Notes: generated from the sequence alone by a model not told the origin. A stretch of 32,669 nucleotides of DNA from Nitrososphaerota archaeon (GCA_028867235.1 JAGWGS010000001.1:1-32669), one strand, 5' to 3'; shown: positions 15,739 through 25,396, counted from the stretch's first letter. Numbers and translations are program-made.

Positions 15739-18657
15739 ATGTCAAGATCAACAAGCAAAAACAAATTCCTCATCGTATTTATCATCGGAATTATCGTAGC
15801 TGTAATATCAGTTCCAAGCATTCCAAGTGCACATGCTCATGCAATCATAACAAAAAGTGATCCAGTTCCAGGACAGTCCCTTTCAGCTGCACCATCAAAA
15901 GTTGACATTTACTTTAGTGATCCAGTCGATATCCGGTACAGTGAAATAAAAATTCTAGATGCAGACGGGCAGCAAATTGAAAAAAGTGACCAACATTACA
16001 TAGGAAGTGATCAAACAGCACTCAGTGTGTCACTTCCATCAGACCTGAAAAATGGCATTTATACAATATCGACCAAAGTGCTTGACCAGACAGATGGTCA
16101 TGTCACTGAAGATGCATTTGTTTTTGGCATAGGCCAGGAGGTACCAAAGAGTACCACAACTCCCACCTCAAGTAACTACCAAGAAGTATCAATACCTGAA
16201 ACAATAACAAGATTTCCGACACTTGTGGGACAGATAGTAGTTGCAGGAATTGCATCTGCATCTTTATGGTTATGGGGACCTGTCTCAAGAATTCCAGGAT
16301 TTGGAAAGACAACTGAGGCCACAAGGGCCAAGATAGACAGCGCAATGGCAAGACTTGCAGTAATTGGCTCCATAGTAGTAGTATCATCAGGCTTTGCAAT
16401 GATAATTGTCCAGGCCTATTCCATCAATGCAGGAATACTCGATGCAATATCTACAAAGTTTGGAAACATGTGGGTTTTGCGAATGATAACATCGTCAGTA
16501 TTACTTGGCATGTCGTTGATGCTATACCAAAAAACAAGAAAAAATCCTGCAATCATTTCAAAATACCACACAGCAACACTTCTTGGAATAAGCTTTACAG
16601 TACTTTTGACAACCAGTCTAATCAGCCATGGCGCTGCAACAGGCCAGATAACGCCACTCTTGCTAGACTTTTTCCACAATGTGTTTGCATCATTATGGAT
16701 TGGAGGAATAATCTATATTGCATTTGTAGTCATGCCACAAGTAAAAAAATCAGATCAAGGAAGCGGCATCATGTCAATAATAATTCCAAGATTTTCCATA
16801 CTTGTCATATCAGTACTTGGTGCAGTTGTAATTACAGGACCATTCCTGTTGTATTTACTAGAAAATAATCTTGCACTCACATTAGCGTCATTTTATGGTC
16901 GAGTCTTGATTGTAAAATTACTTTTGGCTTGCGTCATGATTGCGTTTGGAGCATACCACCAAACATTTCGCAGCGAAGACAGGCAAGCATCATCATCAAG
17001 TCAAGGCATCAGAAACCCCATCATGCAATTATCCAGTCCAAGCCAATCCATCTCAAGATTTGATAAAACCATAAAGATAGAAGCTCTAATTGGTATCGCA
17101 CTTGTTGCCACTGTTGCAATACTTGTAGATTCAGGTCTACCATCAGGCGAGTTTCAAAATCAACTCCAATCAGTACAGTATGATGTATTTGGTCTTACTA
17201 CAAATGCAAACCAGGCACTACCTGGTCTTTCCCAGACAGGGTTTATCGATAATGGAAGCAGAATTGTTTCATCAATTTCGCCATTTACCACAGGAGACAA
17301 CAATTTTGTAGTGTCATTTCTTGATTCTTCCAAAAATCAGATAGACATGGAATCTGCACAGATAAAACTCACACAGACTGACAACAACATAGGGCCAATA
17401 ACAATAGATGCCAACAAGACAGACACCGGCACCTTTACTGCCAAGACAGACTTTGGATTTCCAGGACACTGGACATTACGAGTAGAAGGAGTACAAAATA
17501 AGCAAAACTCATTGAACCTTGTCTATTCATACAACTTTTTTGTCAAGCCAGGACTAGGTAATCTCCAGACAGACATCAAAGAATACAAGACCCCAGGAAA
17601 CAGCAGTACCCCAAGATATCCAGTATACGACAGCACCCGAAACAAGGTCTGGGTTGGAGACACCACACTTGGAAGCGGCAAGATACTTGATTTTGATTTG
17701 GCTACAAACAAATTCACAGAACACAAAATTCCAGGACTAAACAGCATGGTCTATTCAGCACTTGACTCACATGACACTCTATGGTATATTGATTACACAA
17801 GAAAAGTTCTTGGAAACTATAACCCAGATGACAATTCCAACAAGGAATATCCAATTCCAAACCAGGACTTTCTCACATCAATAGCAATTGACAGAAACGA
17901 TACCGTCTGGATAACTTCACATTCTGATGACATATTGAAATTTTCTCCATCTACAGGAAAATTTGATTCCATAAAACTTACGCCAAAATCAGATCCACTT
18001 GACATGGCAATTGACAACACTCAAGGTACAATATGGATTGCAGACGGAATTGGAAAAATAACAAGTTTTGATATTGCAGCAAGCAAGGCGACAGATTATA
18101 CCCCACAGGACAATTTCACCATGAAAGGGCCCACGGGAATAATCCTGGGCTCTCAGACAGGCAAGATATACATCTCAGAGCATGAAGGACAGGCAGTCAC
18201 TGTCTTTGATCCCCTATTAAAGACATTTAGAAAGATTCCACTTGATTCAAACCCAGACAATCTACCATATGGCATGGCATTTGACAAATATCACAATCTT
18301 TGGGTTGCACAACACACATTTGATAAGATATCAGTAATAGATACAAGGACAAACCAAGTAATAGAAAAAAATATTCCAACATCTGGCACATGGGTCCAGT
18401 GGTTGACATCAGACTCTGAAGGAAACATAATCATGGCAGAAGAAAAGGCAAACGCACTTGCTGTAGTAGACATATCTGCAGGACCAGTACAAAGTATACA
18501 ACAAGAAATCCAATCATCAATTCCAAGCTTGGGAGTAAATTACACCCAAGTGGTAGCACCTACAATGACAGGACTTTTGGTAATTGTAGGATTGTTTTAT
18601 TCCAAGGGCGTGATTGATCTTAGAAAAGCCACTGATCAAATCAAGTCACAATCCTAA
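15739..18657 (+). CDS. CopC-CopD copper uptake/resistance fusion with YtkA-like Ig domain and Vgb-like beta-propeller
   Basis: AHA|HAIITKSDP...FSDPV...DGHVTE (CopC); ~8 TM with ISHGAA, HNVFASLWIGG, TGP, YGRVLIVK (CopD); GDNNF...FPGHW; repeated D-x-x-x-x-(V/L/I)-W blades; C-terminal TM. Confidence 0.9.
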   Translation: MSRSTSKNKFLIVFIIGIIVAVISVPSIPSAHAHAIITKSDPVPGQSLSAAPSKVDIYFSDPVDIRYSEIKILDADGQQIEKSDQHYIGSDQTALSVSLPSDLKNGIYTISTKVLDQTDGHVTEDAFVFGIGQEVPKSTTTPTSSNYQEVSIPETITRFPTLVGQIVVAGIASASLWLWGPVSRIPGFGKTTEATRAKIDSAMARLAVIGSIVVVSSGFAMIIVQAYSINAGILDAISTKFGNMWVLRMITSSVLLGMSLMLYQKTRKNPAIISKYHTATLLGISFTVLLTTSLISHGAATGQITPLLLDFFHNVFASLWIGGIIYIAFVVMPQVKKSDQGSGIMSIIIPRFSILVISVLGAVVITGPFLLYLLENNLALTLASFYGRVLIVKLLLACVMIAFGAYHQTFRSEDRQASSSSQGIRNPIMQLSSPSQSISRFDKTIKIEALIGIALVATVAILVDSGLPSGEFQNQLQSVQYDVFGLTTNANQALPGLSQTGFIDNGSRIVSSISPFTTGDNNFVVSFLDSSKNQIDMESAQIKLTQTDNNIGPITIDANKTDTGTFTAKTDFGFPGHWTLRVEGVQNKQNSLNLVYSYNFFVKPGLGNLQTDIKEYKTPGNSSTPRYPVYDSTRNKVWVGDTTLGSGKILDFDLATNKFTEHKIPGLNSMVYSALDSHDTLWYIDYTRKVLGNYNPDDNSNKEYPIPNQDFLTSIAIDRNDTVWITSHSDDILKFSPSTGKFDSIKLTPKSDPLDMAIDNTQGTIWIADGIGKITSFDIAASKATDYTPQDNFTMKGPTGIILGSQTGKIYISEHEGQAVTVFDPLLKTFRKIPLDSNPDNLPYGMAFDKYHNLWVAQHTFDKISVIDTRTNQVIEKNIPTSGTWVQWLTSDSEGNIIMAEEKANALAVVDISAGPVQSIQQEIQSSIPSLGVNYTQVVAPTMTGLLVIVGLFYSKGVIDLRKATDQIKSQS

Positions 18658-18703
18658 ATACAAAATCAATAATACAATAAAAATAAAAAAGGAAAAAGTG
18701 GTT

Positions 18704-19219
18704 TTATCCACTTAGTTTTTTGAGGCCCTCTGCAATAGAAAATGTTGCAGTATTTCTATCACCAAAGGTGATTGGATCATGGCCGGTGTTTACTATTGCA
18801 AAGTCTGTGACTCCACTAGGTGTACCAATATCAAAATGATACAGACAGTTCTGTCCAGGTGTAGACAACTGTGACAGATATTCAGGAGATATAGGAGTTA
18901 ATGTGTTTACACCTACATCCACCCTACCCTGCACAAATGATATCTTTGGAGTTCCATCACTATTACATGGTACATACATTGCAACATGTCCTCGGGTGGT
19001 CAAAAATGGCGTGGTATCCACCATATCCAAAAATTCACCAGGTTGCAAAGTTATTCCTTTGAAGGAGAACCATTCTTCAGTCGGGATATCATTTGTGACG
19101 GGCTGGTATTTTACACCAGCTGCATATGCATTTGTTTTTGTCACAGGACTGATTGCAAGTCCCACAGTAGCAACTATAGCAATTGCCACAATTGCAGTCA
19201 AGATTTTTTTATGCATCAT
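18704..19219 (-). CDS. Secreted beta-rich protein with His/Met/Cys motifs
   Basis: Signal ending AYA; DTTP...GHVAMYVPC...CLYHFD. Confidence 0.8.
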   Translation of the reverse strand: MMHKKILTAIVAIAIVATVGLAISPVTKTNAYAAGVKYQPVTNDIPTEEWFSFKGITLQPGEFLDMVDTTPFLTTRGHVAMYVPCNSDGTPKISFVQGRVDVGVNTLTPISPEYLSQLSTPGQNCLYHFDIGTPSGVTDFAIVNTGHDPITFGDRNTATFSIAEGLKKLSG

Positions 19220-19252
19220 GATTTGAGAACTAGAAAAAATATTTCAAGAAAT

Positions 19253-19270
19253 TGGTATATTCGTAGAACA
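19253..19270 (-). promoter_or_regulatory. Copper-locus motif variant upstream of the 18704 gene
   Basis: - strand TGTTCTACGAATATACCA, 14/18 identical to the 18-mer, just before TTGAAATA. Confidence 0.6.
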
Positions 19271-19452
19271 TACCAATAATGGAAAACATGTGAATTTAGA
19301 CATTGCAAAAATTATGCAAAAAAAATATTTTAGAAAAATGGCTCATTTTTGCTGGATGACCGCACTTGTCATACAGCAAAAAAAGAGCAGTGATGAAGCC
19401 AATACGATACGCTGTACCACACATGACACCAATTTACAAAATAAACAAGATG

Positions 19453-19506
19453 GTACATTTAACGAATATACCACAGATTCGACTAATTTGTTCGATGATT
19501 GTACCA
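19453..19506. promoter_or_regulatory. Cluster of copper-locus motifs upstream of the membrane protein + wHTH operon
   Basis: GTACATTTAACGAA (19453-66, inverted), ACGAATATACCA (19462-73), TGTTCGATGATTGTACCA (19489-19506), then TTTAAATT TATA at 19512. Confidence 0.7.
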
Positions 19507-19541
19507 TTTCGTTTAAATTAAAATTTGAACCAATTAGAGAT

Positions 19542-19934
19542 GTGTCAAGATACGACAATATCATCGAAAACAGATCAAATCTGTTGACTCTGATAATGTT
19601 TCTAGTAATTGGTATTTTAGCGGTGCCTGTAATTTTGCCACACTTGCTTCACAAGTTCCAAGTATTCCACATTTTGATTCACCTCAGCGGAATAAGTCTT
19701 GCAGTGTTTCTTAGCGTGATTTCAGCAATTGCATATTCCAGGGTCAAGACCAAAAGAATGTTCTTTACAATGATAGCATTTTCATTATTTGTCATAGCAG
19801 AAGCATTATCACTTGTAGACGCAGCATGGCAATACACATACTATTTAGGTCCGTTTCCCGCAGAAGAGATAGGTCATTTCTTTGAATTGTCAACTCTTGG
19901 AATGTTTGCGATCAGTGTATTTAGGAAGGACTAG
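19542..19934 (+). CDS. Small 4-TM His-containing membrane protein
   Basis: GTG 19542, ~25 nt after the TATA; LPHLLHKFQVFHILIHLSG...EEIGHFFE; stop 2 nt before the regulator. Confidence 0.8.
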   Translation: MSRYDNIIENRSNLLTLIMFLVIGILAVPVILPHLLHKFQVFHILIHLSGISLAVFLSVISAIAYSRVKTKRMFFTMIAFSLFVIAEALSLVDAAWQYTYYLGPFPAEEIGHFFELSTLGMFAISVFRKD

Positions 19935-19936
19935 AC

Positions 19937-20434
19937 ATGGATAGAACATCAGAGATAGTCAACATCATTGAAAAAAATCCTGGGATAAAATTCAGGGAGA
20001 TAATGAGGGAGACAGGATTCAAAAACGGTGTACTAAGCTATCACACAAGAAAGCTAGAAGAAAATGGAGCTGTGAAAATTGACAGAAAGTTAGGTGAGAC
20101 TAGATTTTATCCTCTTTTTGTAACAGAAAAAGAATCAGTCTTGATATCAAGCCTTAGGCGCGACACCCAAAGACAGATACTTTTGGCGCTACTACGGGAT
20201 TCTCCACTTGGATTCAATGATCTTGTAGGTCTAGTCAAAAAGGCACCATCCACAGTATCTACATTTCTTTCAAGACTTGTAGAAGACAACATCATTGAAA
20301 TCAAAATAATAGAACTACGAAAGACATATTCCTTGAAAAACCCAGACATGGTACGAGAGATAATAGAAAAATACAATCCAGTGTTACTTGAAAGAACTGC
20401 ATACAACTTTGCAGACACATTTGCAAACCTATAG
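19937..20434 (+). CDS. Tandem winged-HTH transcriptional regulator (archaeal double-wHTH type)
   Basis: NPGIKFREIMRETGFKNGVLSYHTRKLEENG...TRFY; second HTH KKAPSTVSTFLSRLVEDNII. Confidence 0.9.
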   Translation: MDRTSEIVNIIEKNPGIKFREIMRETGFKNGVLSYHTRKLEENGAVKIDRKLGETRFYPLFVTEKESVLISSLRRDTQRQILLALLRDSPLGFNDLVGLVKKAPSTVSTFLSRLVEDNIIEIKIIELRKTYSLKNPDMVREIIEKYNPVLLERTAYNFADTFANL

Positions 20435-20521
20435 TATATCAAAAATACAATAAACCTGTTATGACATAATGAGAAGATACCCATTGTTTATTTATAGATG
20501 AAAAATAACAATTCATGAAAA

Positions 20522-21892
20522 TTGAAAAAGATTGCAATCATATTCATTAGCGGATTTGTCTTGTTTTCAGGTATTTTTTTCACATCAGCATATGGCGATG
20601 GGCTTGCAAGTGAGATACTCCCTCCTGCAATGATTGGAAACAAGAATGTCACATTGTCAATTAACTCATCACCATTTTTGATTGACAACAATCATGTAGG
20701 AACACAGATAAATTTCATAGTACAGGATGCATCAAATCAAGTCCCATTCCAGCAGGTAACACTATCAGTTGCTGCGTTCAAGGACAATAATGCACTGTTT
20801 GGCCACATATTCATGAGTGACAGTGGCAACTTTTTGTTCAATGTCATACCTGACAATTCTTCAAACAATATCACAATAACAGAAAAAGGCGGCATACTTC
20901 CAGGACTGTTAGGCCACAGTGGGACATATGACATCAAAGGACCAGTCTTTGTATCAGGAGGCCTGTACAAATTCAAGATTAATGTTCTAACACTTGGCTC
21001 CTATGACAACCAAATAAGCAAGTCCTATGATGCTGCAATATCAATACCTCAAACAAACCAGTATACGATATACGATAATGAAGACGGGAAGCAAACAGTC
21101 TCCATTATTGCATATTATGACACACTAGGAAATTTCCAGTATGATAAAGACAATAAAAAAATGAGTTTTACAATGCCGTTTAACTGGGGCCCTGACAACC
21201 TAAAACAAGTTACGGTGGTACACCAAGAACTAAAGATACCAAGATCCTTTGCAACATTTGTCGTTACAAAATACGATGCAAGCGTTAACGGCATACAACT
21301 TCCAGACAAGGCAATAAGCATCGATGACTATTCTTCAGACGAATACAGAATCATTCACTTGATACTATACAAACAAGAGATAGCCACCATCAGTCAACAA
21401 CAAAATACAAAACAAGAGATGGACTTTACATTGTCCCCAAGCAACCAGACTGCATTTCCAGTAATCCAATATACAAGAAATGCCCAGTACAAGGTAAGCC
21501 TCAGCTGGGACCCACCCAAAATCATGGCAGGACAAACAACAAAATTATCATTCCAGGTGCTTGACCCCTACATTGTGAACAAGACGGTAGGCTCTATATC
21601 ATATGACTTTTCTGCAATTGAGGGAAAGAATGGTCTTGCATACCACAAGAGTGGAACTACAAACAGTGACGGTACACCAAACATAATAGACATGAACCTT
21701 CCAGACAACTATACAGGCCCAATGACTATGGGATTTGAGAACCTAAATGGAAATAGTTTTGCAGATGCAGAGTTTACTGCAATTGTATCAAGACCTGTAA
21801 TAGTGCCTGAATTTCCATCAGGTGCCATCATGATATCATCAATTGCAGTATTTGCCACAGCCCTGATTTTGCCCAGATTTTTGAAGACATGA
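20522..21892 (+). CDS. PEF(G)-CTERM sorting-signal surface protein
   Basis: Signal ending AYG|DGL; beta-rich domains; IVPEFP-TM-PRFLKT tail. Confidence 0.85.
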   Translation: MKKIAIIFISGFVLFSGIFFTSAYGDGLASEILPPAMIGNKNVTLSINSSPFLIDNNHVGTQINFIVQDASNQVPFQQVTLSVAAFKDNNALFGHIFMSDSGNFLFNVIPDNSSNNITITEKGGILPGLLGHSGTYDIKGPVFVSGGLYKFKINVLTLGSYDNQISKSYDAAISIPQTNQYTIYDNEDGKQTVSIIAYYDTLGNFQYDKDNKKMSFTMPFNWGPDNLKQVTVVHQELKIPRSFATFVVTKYDASVNGIQLPDKAISIDDYSSDEYRIIHLILYKQEIATISQQQNTKQEMDFTLSPSNQTAFPVIQYTRNAQYKVSLSWDPPKIMAGQTTKLSFQVLDPYIVNKTVGSISYDFSAIEGKNGLAYHKSGTTNSDGTPNIIDMNLPDNYTGPMTMGFENLNGNSFADAEFTAIVSRPVIVPEFPSGAIMISSIAVFATALILPRFLKT

Positions 21893-22134
21893 AGATAAAG
21901 CGAGGTACAGGAATCATGATTGCAGGTATTGCCATGTTCCTAGCAGGACACTTTCTCTCCCAGCTGGTGCTAAATCTTACCCCAACAATAAATCCTGCAA
22001 ATTCAAGTTTGATTGCAGATGCAAACTATCACATGATAGCAATGAGCAATCAGTTGACAACTGTCAGCCAGTTTGGAATAATCGCACTAGTGATTGGTGC
22101 ATTTGTGTTTTTCATTGACAGAAGAACAGGTTAG
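21889..22134 (+). CDS. Small 2-TM membrane protein
   Basis: ATGA overlap with the upstream stop; two hydrophobic helices. Confidence 0.75.
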   Translation: MKIKRGTGIMIAGIAMFLAGHFLSQLVLNLTPTINPANSSLIADANYHMIAMSNQLTTVSQFGIIALVIGAFVFFIDRRTG

Positions 22135-22139
22135 AGATT

Positions 22140-23090
22140 TTACCCTTTCATGCCATATCCTACTAGGACTGAATAGCAACCAAGTCCACATTCCTCACAT
22201 ATTGGCTTCATGGAAGAGCTCTCCGCACTTCCAATACAACATGGCCGTTTTTCTCTTCCCATGTGGTCAACTGATACAATTGCCCAGGTAGGACAGTCAA
22301 CAGGAGTTGTTCCACGTCCCCCCCAGTTTTTTTTCATTAGTTCCAGTTGGCTGTCAGGATTTATGATATAATCATCATCAAATTTTTTCCTCATTGACAT
22401 GATGTTATCTACAACTCTAGTCCTCTCAGGACCAAACGGCAGGAACAGTGGGTCTCCCTTTGCAAAGGGAGTGTGGAATTGGAATCCAATCTTGTTTGTG
22501 TGATCATGCCATTCCTCCATGACATCGTTGACTGTCTTGTAGTTTTGCGAGTTGATTGTCATTGTTATCCAGATATCTTTCCAGGCCTTGTCGCCATTAT
22601 TTTGTACATATTCTAGAACATGTTTTCGAGTTTTATCATAAGAGCCAGGACCACGAATCTTGTCGTGTATCTCTTTTGTACCATCAATTGAGATCCAGTA
22701 AAAGTACAGGTTTGGAATTTTTCGTATCGGTAATGTCCCATTTGATACAATGCAGACACGTTTTGGAAATTGCTTGACAAACAAGTCTATCACATCAGGA
22801 CGCAGTGTAGGTTCTCCTCCAACCAATGTTATAATAAAAACATGATTTTTCTTGAATTTTTCATCAATTACTTTTTGCCATTGTTCAACTGTAAGCTCTT
22901 CATTTTCTTTTCTGTTTAACCACCAGTAACAATGGGTGCAGTGGAGATTACATACATTTATGATGTCAGCAGATCCATAAAGCGGACTTTTTCTATGAAG
23001 CAACTTGTATCCTGCAAACTTGCCAAATATGTGAAAATAGCAAGGCATCTCTTGGATTATCTGCGTAAAACCTCTTCCCATTATTTCCAT
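22140..23090 (-). CDS. Radical SAM protein with C-terminal Cys-rich (SPASM/twitch-like) region
   Basis: CNLHCTHC, GGEP, SNG, SIDG...HDKIRG; C-terminal CPTW...PCC...CEECGLGC. Confidence 0.92.
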   Translation of the reverse strand: MEIMGRGFTQIIQEMPCYFHIFGKFAGYKLLHRKSPLYGSADIINVCNLHCTHCYWWLNRKENEELTVEQWQKVIDEKFKKNHVFIITLVGGEPTLRPDVIDLFVKQFPKRVCIVSNGTLPIRKIPNLYFYWISIDGTKEIHDKIRGPGSYDKTRKHVLEYVQNNGDKAWKDIWITMTINSQNYKTVNDVMEEWHDHTNKIGFQFHTPFAKGDPLFLPFGPERTRVVDNIMSMRKKFDDDYIINPDSQLELMKKNWGGRGTTPVDCPTWAIVSVDHMGREKRPCCIGSAESSSMKPICEECGLGCYSVLVGYGMKG

Positions 23091-23182
23091 GATACATAAT
23101 AGTCACAAAGATGCTTAAAAGGAATTTTGCAGGCTGATTTTACAATGACATGGGCATACTCTCAAATGCCACAGACATGGGA

Positions 23183-23413
23183 TCAATTTGCACACATCAA
23201 TGTAGTAGTACACTTGACCTGATCCATATGGCGTATCTTTCTTGTAATGATATCTCTTAGCTCCTCAATACCTGCGCACTCTACTTTTACTATGATATCA
23301 TAGTTGCCAAAAACACCTGAGACTTCTTTTACGTCACTTATTGTTTTTACACCATCTACGATTGCCCCTTCCGCACCCATCTCACAATTTATCATGATAT
23401 ATGCGGTCTCCAA
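23183..23413 (-). CDS. Lrp/AsnC ligand-binding (RAM) domain-only protein
   Basis: TTG 23413: METAYIMINCEMGAE...VFGNYDIIVKVE...IRHMDQVKCTTTL. Confidence 0.85.
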   Translation of the reverse strand: METAYIMINCEMGAEGAIVDGVKTISDVKEVSGVFGNYDIIVKVECAGIEELRDIITRKIRHMDQVKCTTTLMCAN

Positions 23414-23578
23414 CCACAATATATGGTAGTTATAATATATCAAATTTTTGCTGACACACCACCAAGATCCGGGACACGGGCACAAACATACCATTTATGC
23501 AAAAAAACACATGTACACAATTATACAGGATACAAAATTTTCAATGTCAATATAAACAAAAAAGAAAGAAATGTAAAA

Positions 23579-24358
23579 CTACTGATCCCCAATTAGGAAG
23601 GTCACATTTACAGTAGTTGTTACTTGTTGGTTTGCCGTAAACACAGGCGTAGACTTGTCAACCATTGAGGCTACCATGGCTCCATGATATACAGGCATTG
23701 GAGTAGGAGTAAACTCAGATAGATTCACGGCCTTTACTCCGATTATCTTTTGTTCCAAAGGTACAATGGCCTTTTCTGCCCGCGATTTTGCATTTAGTAT
23801 TGCTTTTCCAAGCAAGTCATCTTGCATGCTCTGTTGTTTGTCAGGAGAAAGTGAGAACGAAATATCATCTACTCGGTTTGCTCCTGCACCTACAGCAGAA
23901 TCAACAATGTTTCCTGCCAATGACAATTTTGTTGTCTTGACATACAACATATTTGATGCATGATAACCTGCCAGTACACTCTTGTGTATTCCAGTGGAAG
24001 GATCAGGTATAGAGTCATTGTACACAGGATATATTGAAAATCCTGCAGTACTGATTTCATCTGTTGTAATACCCGTACCTTGTACTGCAGCTACTACGGT
24101 ATTCATTAGCTGCGAGTTTTCACTGATTGCATCTTTTGCTGTCTTGGCATCAGTATCTACTCCAAACTGTACTGTCACCAAATCAGGTGTTACAGATTCA
24201 GTTGCAGAACCAGTGACAGATACAGTTCTTTCCCGCGATGCAGGAATTACTGTTGTCTGCCCATAAGCTCCCTGTTGTGATACTTCAAGACTTGCAAAGA
24301 TTGCAGTTGATACAATCAAGACTGCTGCAAGTGTTGCAAGCATTTTTTTTGTTGGCAT
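23579..24358 (-). CDS. SIMPL (DUF541) domain secreted protein
   Basis: RTVSVTGSA....PD, A...N...M..V, ISTAGFSIYPVY, AGAN, A..NAKSRA, VTTTVNVTF. Confidence 0.92.
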   Translation of the reverse strand: MPTKKMLATLAAVLIVSTAIFASLEVSQQGAYGQTTVIPASRERTVSVTGSATESVTPDLVTVQFGVDTDAKTAKDAISENSQLMNTVVAAVQGTGITTDEISTAGFSIYPVYNDSIPDPSTGIHKSVLAGYHASNMLYVKTTKLSLAGNIVDSAVGAGANRVDDISFSLSPDKQQSMQDDLLGKAILNAKSRAEKAIVPLEQKIIGVKAVNLSEFTPTPMPVYHGAMVASMVDKSTPVFTANQQVTTTVNVTFLIGDQ

Positions 24359-24492
24359 GTCATACCAATATGCAGTACAGCTTATAGGCTTTGATTAAAT
24401 TTCATTTTAACTTAATTTTTTTAAAAAATTTATAAAACATAAATCAAGATATGATATTTTTTGTGCAATGCATTATATTTTACAAATATTGA

Positions 24493-25188
24493 TTATTTTC
24501 TTGATTGTCTAAATTTTGAAAAAAGTCTTGTTCCAAAAAATACTGCAAGAAAAGCAGCAGAGGCACCAAGTATTGCAATCACAATCATGGTATGATCAGG
24601 TATTTTTGATACAGACCCTACAGGCGCGCTGGTTGCAGCAAATGGAGCCGCAGTCATGTTAGAGTGAAGCGATTCAGATGCCTTCATCATTGCCCTCTGT
24701 GCCACCTCAGGCATTTGAGGTGGCTGATTTTCAGCCTGGTTTTTTTCTACTAGGTACACAAGCGGACCCACTATAACAAATGCTGCAATTGATGCCAGAT
24801 AGTGTCTAAGTTGCATAAAGATTGCATCTTTTTTTGATTTTGAAACATTATTTTCCATTGGAGTAGATGGCGGTACAATCACAAATGCAGTCTTGACAGG
24901 CCCATAGTATTTCATTTGCTTGTTTTTTGAGCTGAGTTCTATCTTTTCTACCTTGATAAGTCCAACGCCAAGCAGGCGGTTTATGTGCCAGTTGACAAGG
25001 GGCAATGAGACATTAAGTGACTTTGCAATATCGTTTGTGCTCAGCACACCTTGTGATATCTTTCCAAAGATTGCCCTTCCGGTGTCATTTGCAAGCTCTT
25101 CTCCAATTATTTTTATTCTCTGGTCCTCAGTACTTATTACCTCGATATGCTCTTCTGCCTTGACTAGAAAATCATCATCTTTTTCCAT
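24493..25188 (-). CDS. ArsR-like wHTH regulator with two C-terminal TM helices
   Basis: IGEELANDTGRAI...IAKSLNVSLPLVNWHINRLLGVGLI...KYY; TMs YLASIAAFVIVGPLVYL and MIVIAILGASAAFLAVFFG. Confidence 0.85.
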   Translation of the reverse strand: MEKDDDFLVKAEEHIEVISTEDQRIKIIGEELANDTGRAIFGKISQGVLSTNDIAKSLNVSLPLVNWHINRLLGVGLIKVEKIELSSKNKQMKYYGPVKTAFVIVPPSTPMENNVSKSKKDAIFMQLRHYLASIAAFVIVGPLVYLVEKNQAENQPPQMPEVAQRAMMKASESLHSNMTAAPFAATSAPVGSVSKIPDHTMIVIAILGASAAFLAVFFGTRLFSKFRQSRK

Positions 25189-25396
25189 GGTATAATTCAG
25201 ATATGCTTTACAACATATAATTTAACAAGGATTGGTCCAACTCTGTAGAAATTTTTATCTTGTCCAAGGATGACCCTTAAATGCCAAATTGGAACCAAAG
25301 ATCGATTCTGTTTTCCAGACTCTTTTAGTATAATTTTATAATAATCAAAAATATGAGTACAACGCCACAATCCCATGGTACCATAAGGAGTACACC

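Noticed and set aside
19290-19541. N-terminal 84-aa extension of the membrane-protein ORF
   Set aside because: The region holds the operator motifs and TATA box; GTG 19542 fits promoter geometry better
22140-23090. Radical SAM as GDGT synthesis enzyme (Tes/Grs) or MoaA/NirJ
   Set aside because: Too short, no B12-binding domain and no pathway neighbours; cannot be supported
24390-24450. AT-only inverted repeat (AATTTTTT/AAAAAATT)
   Set aside because: Low complexity; expected by chance in AT-rich terminator/promoter DNA
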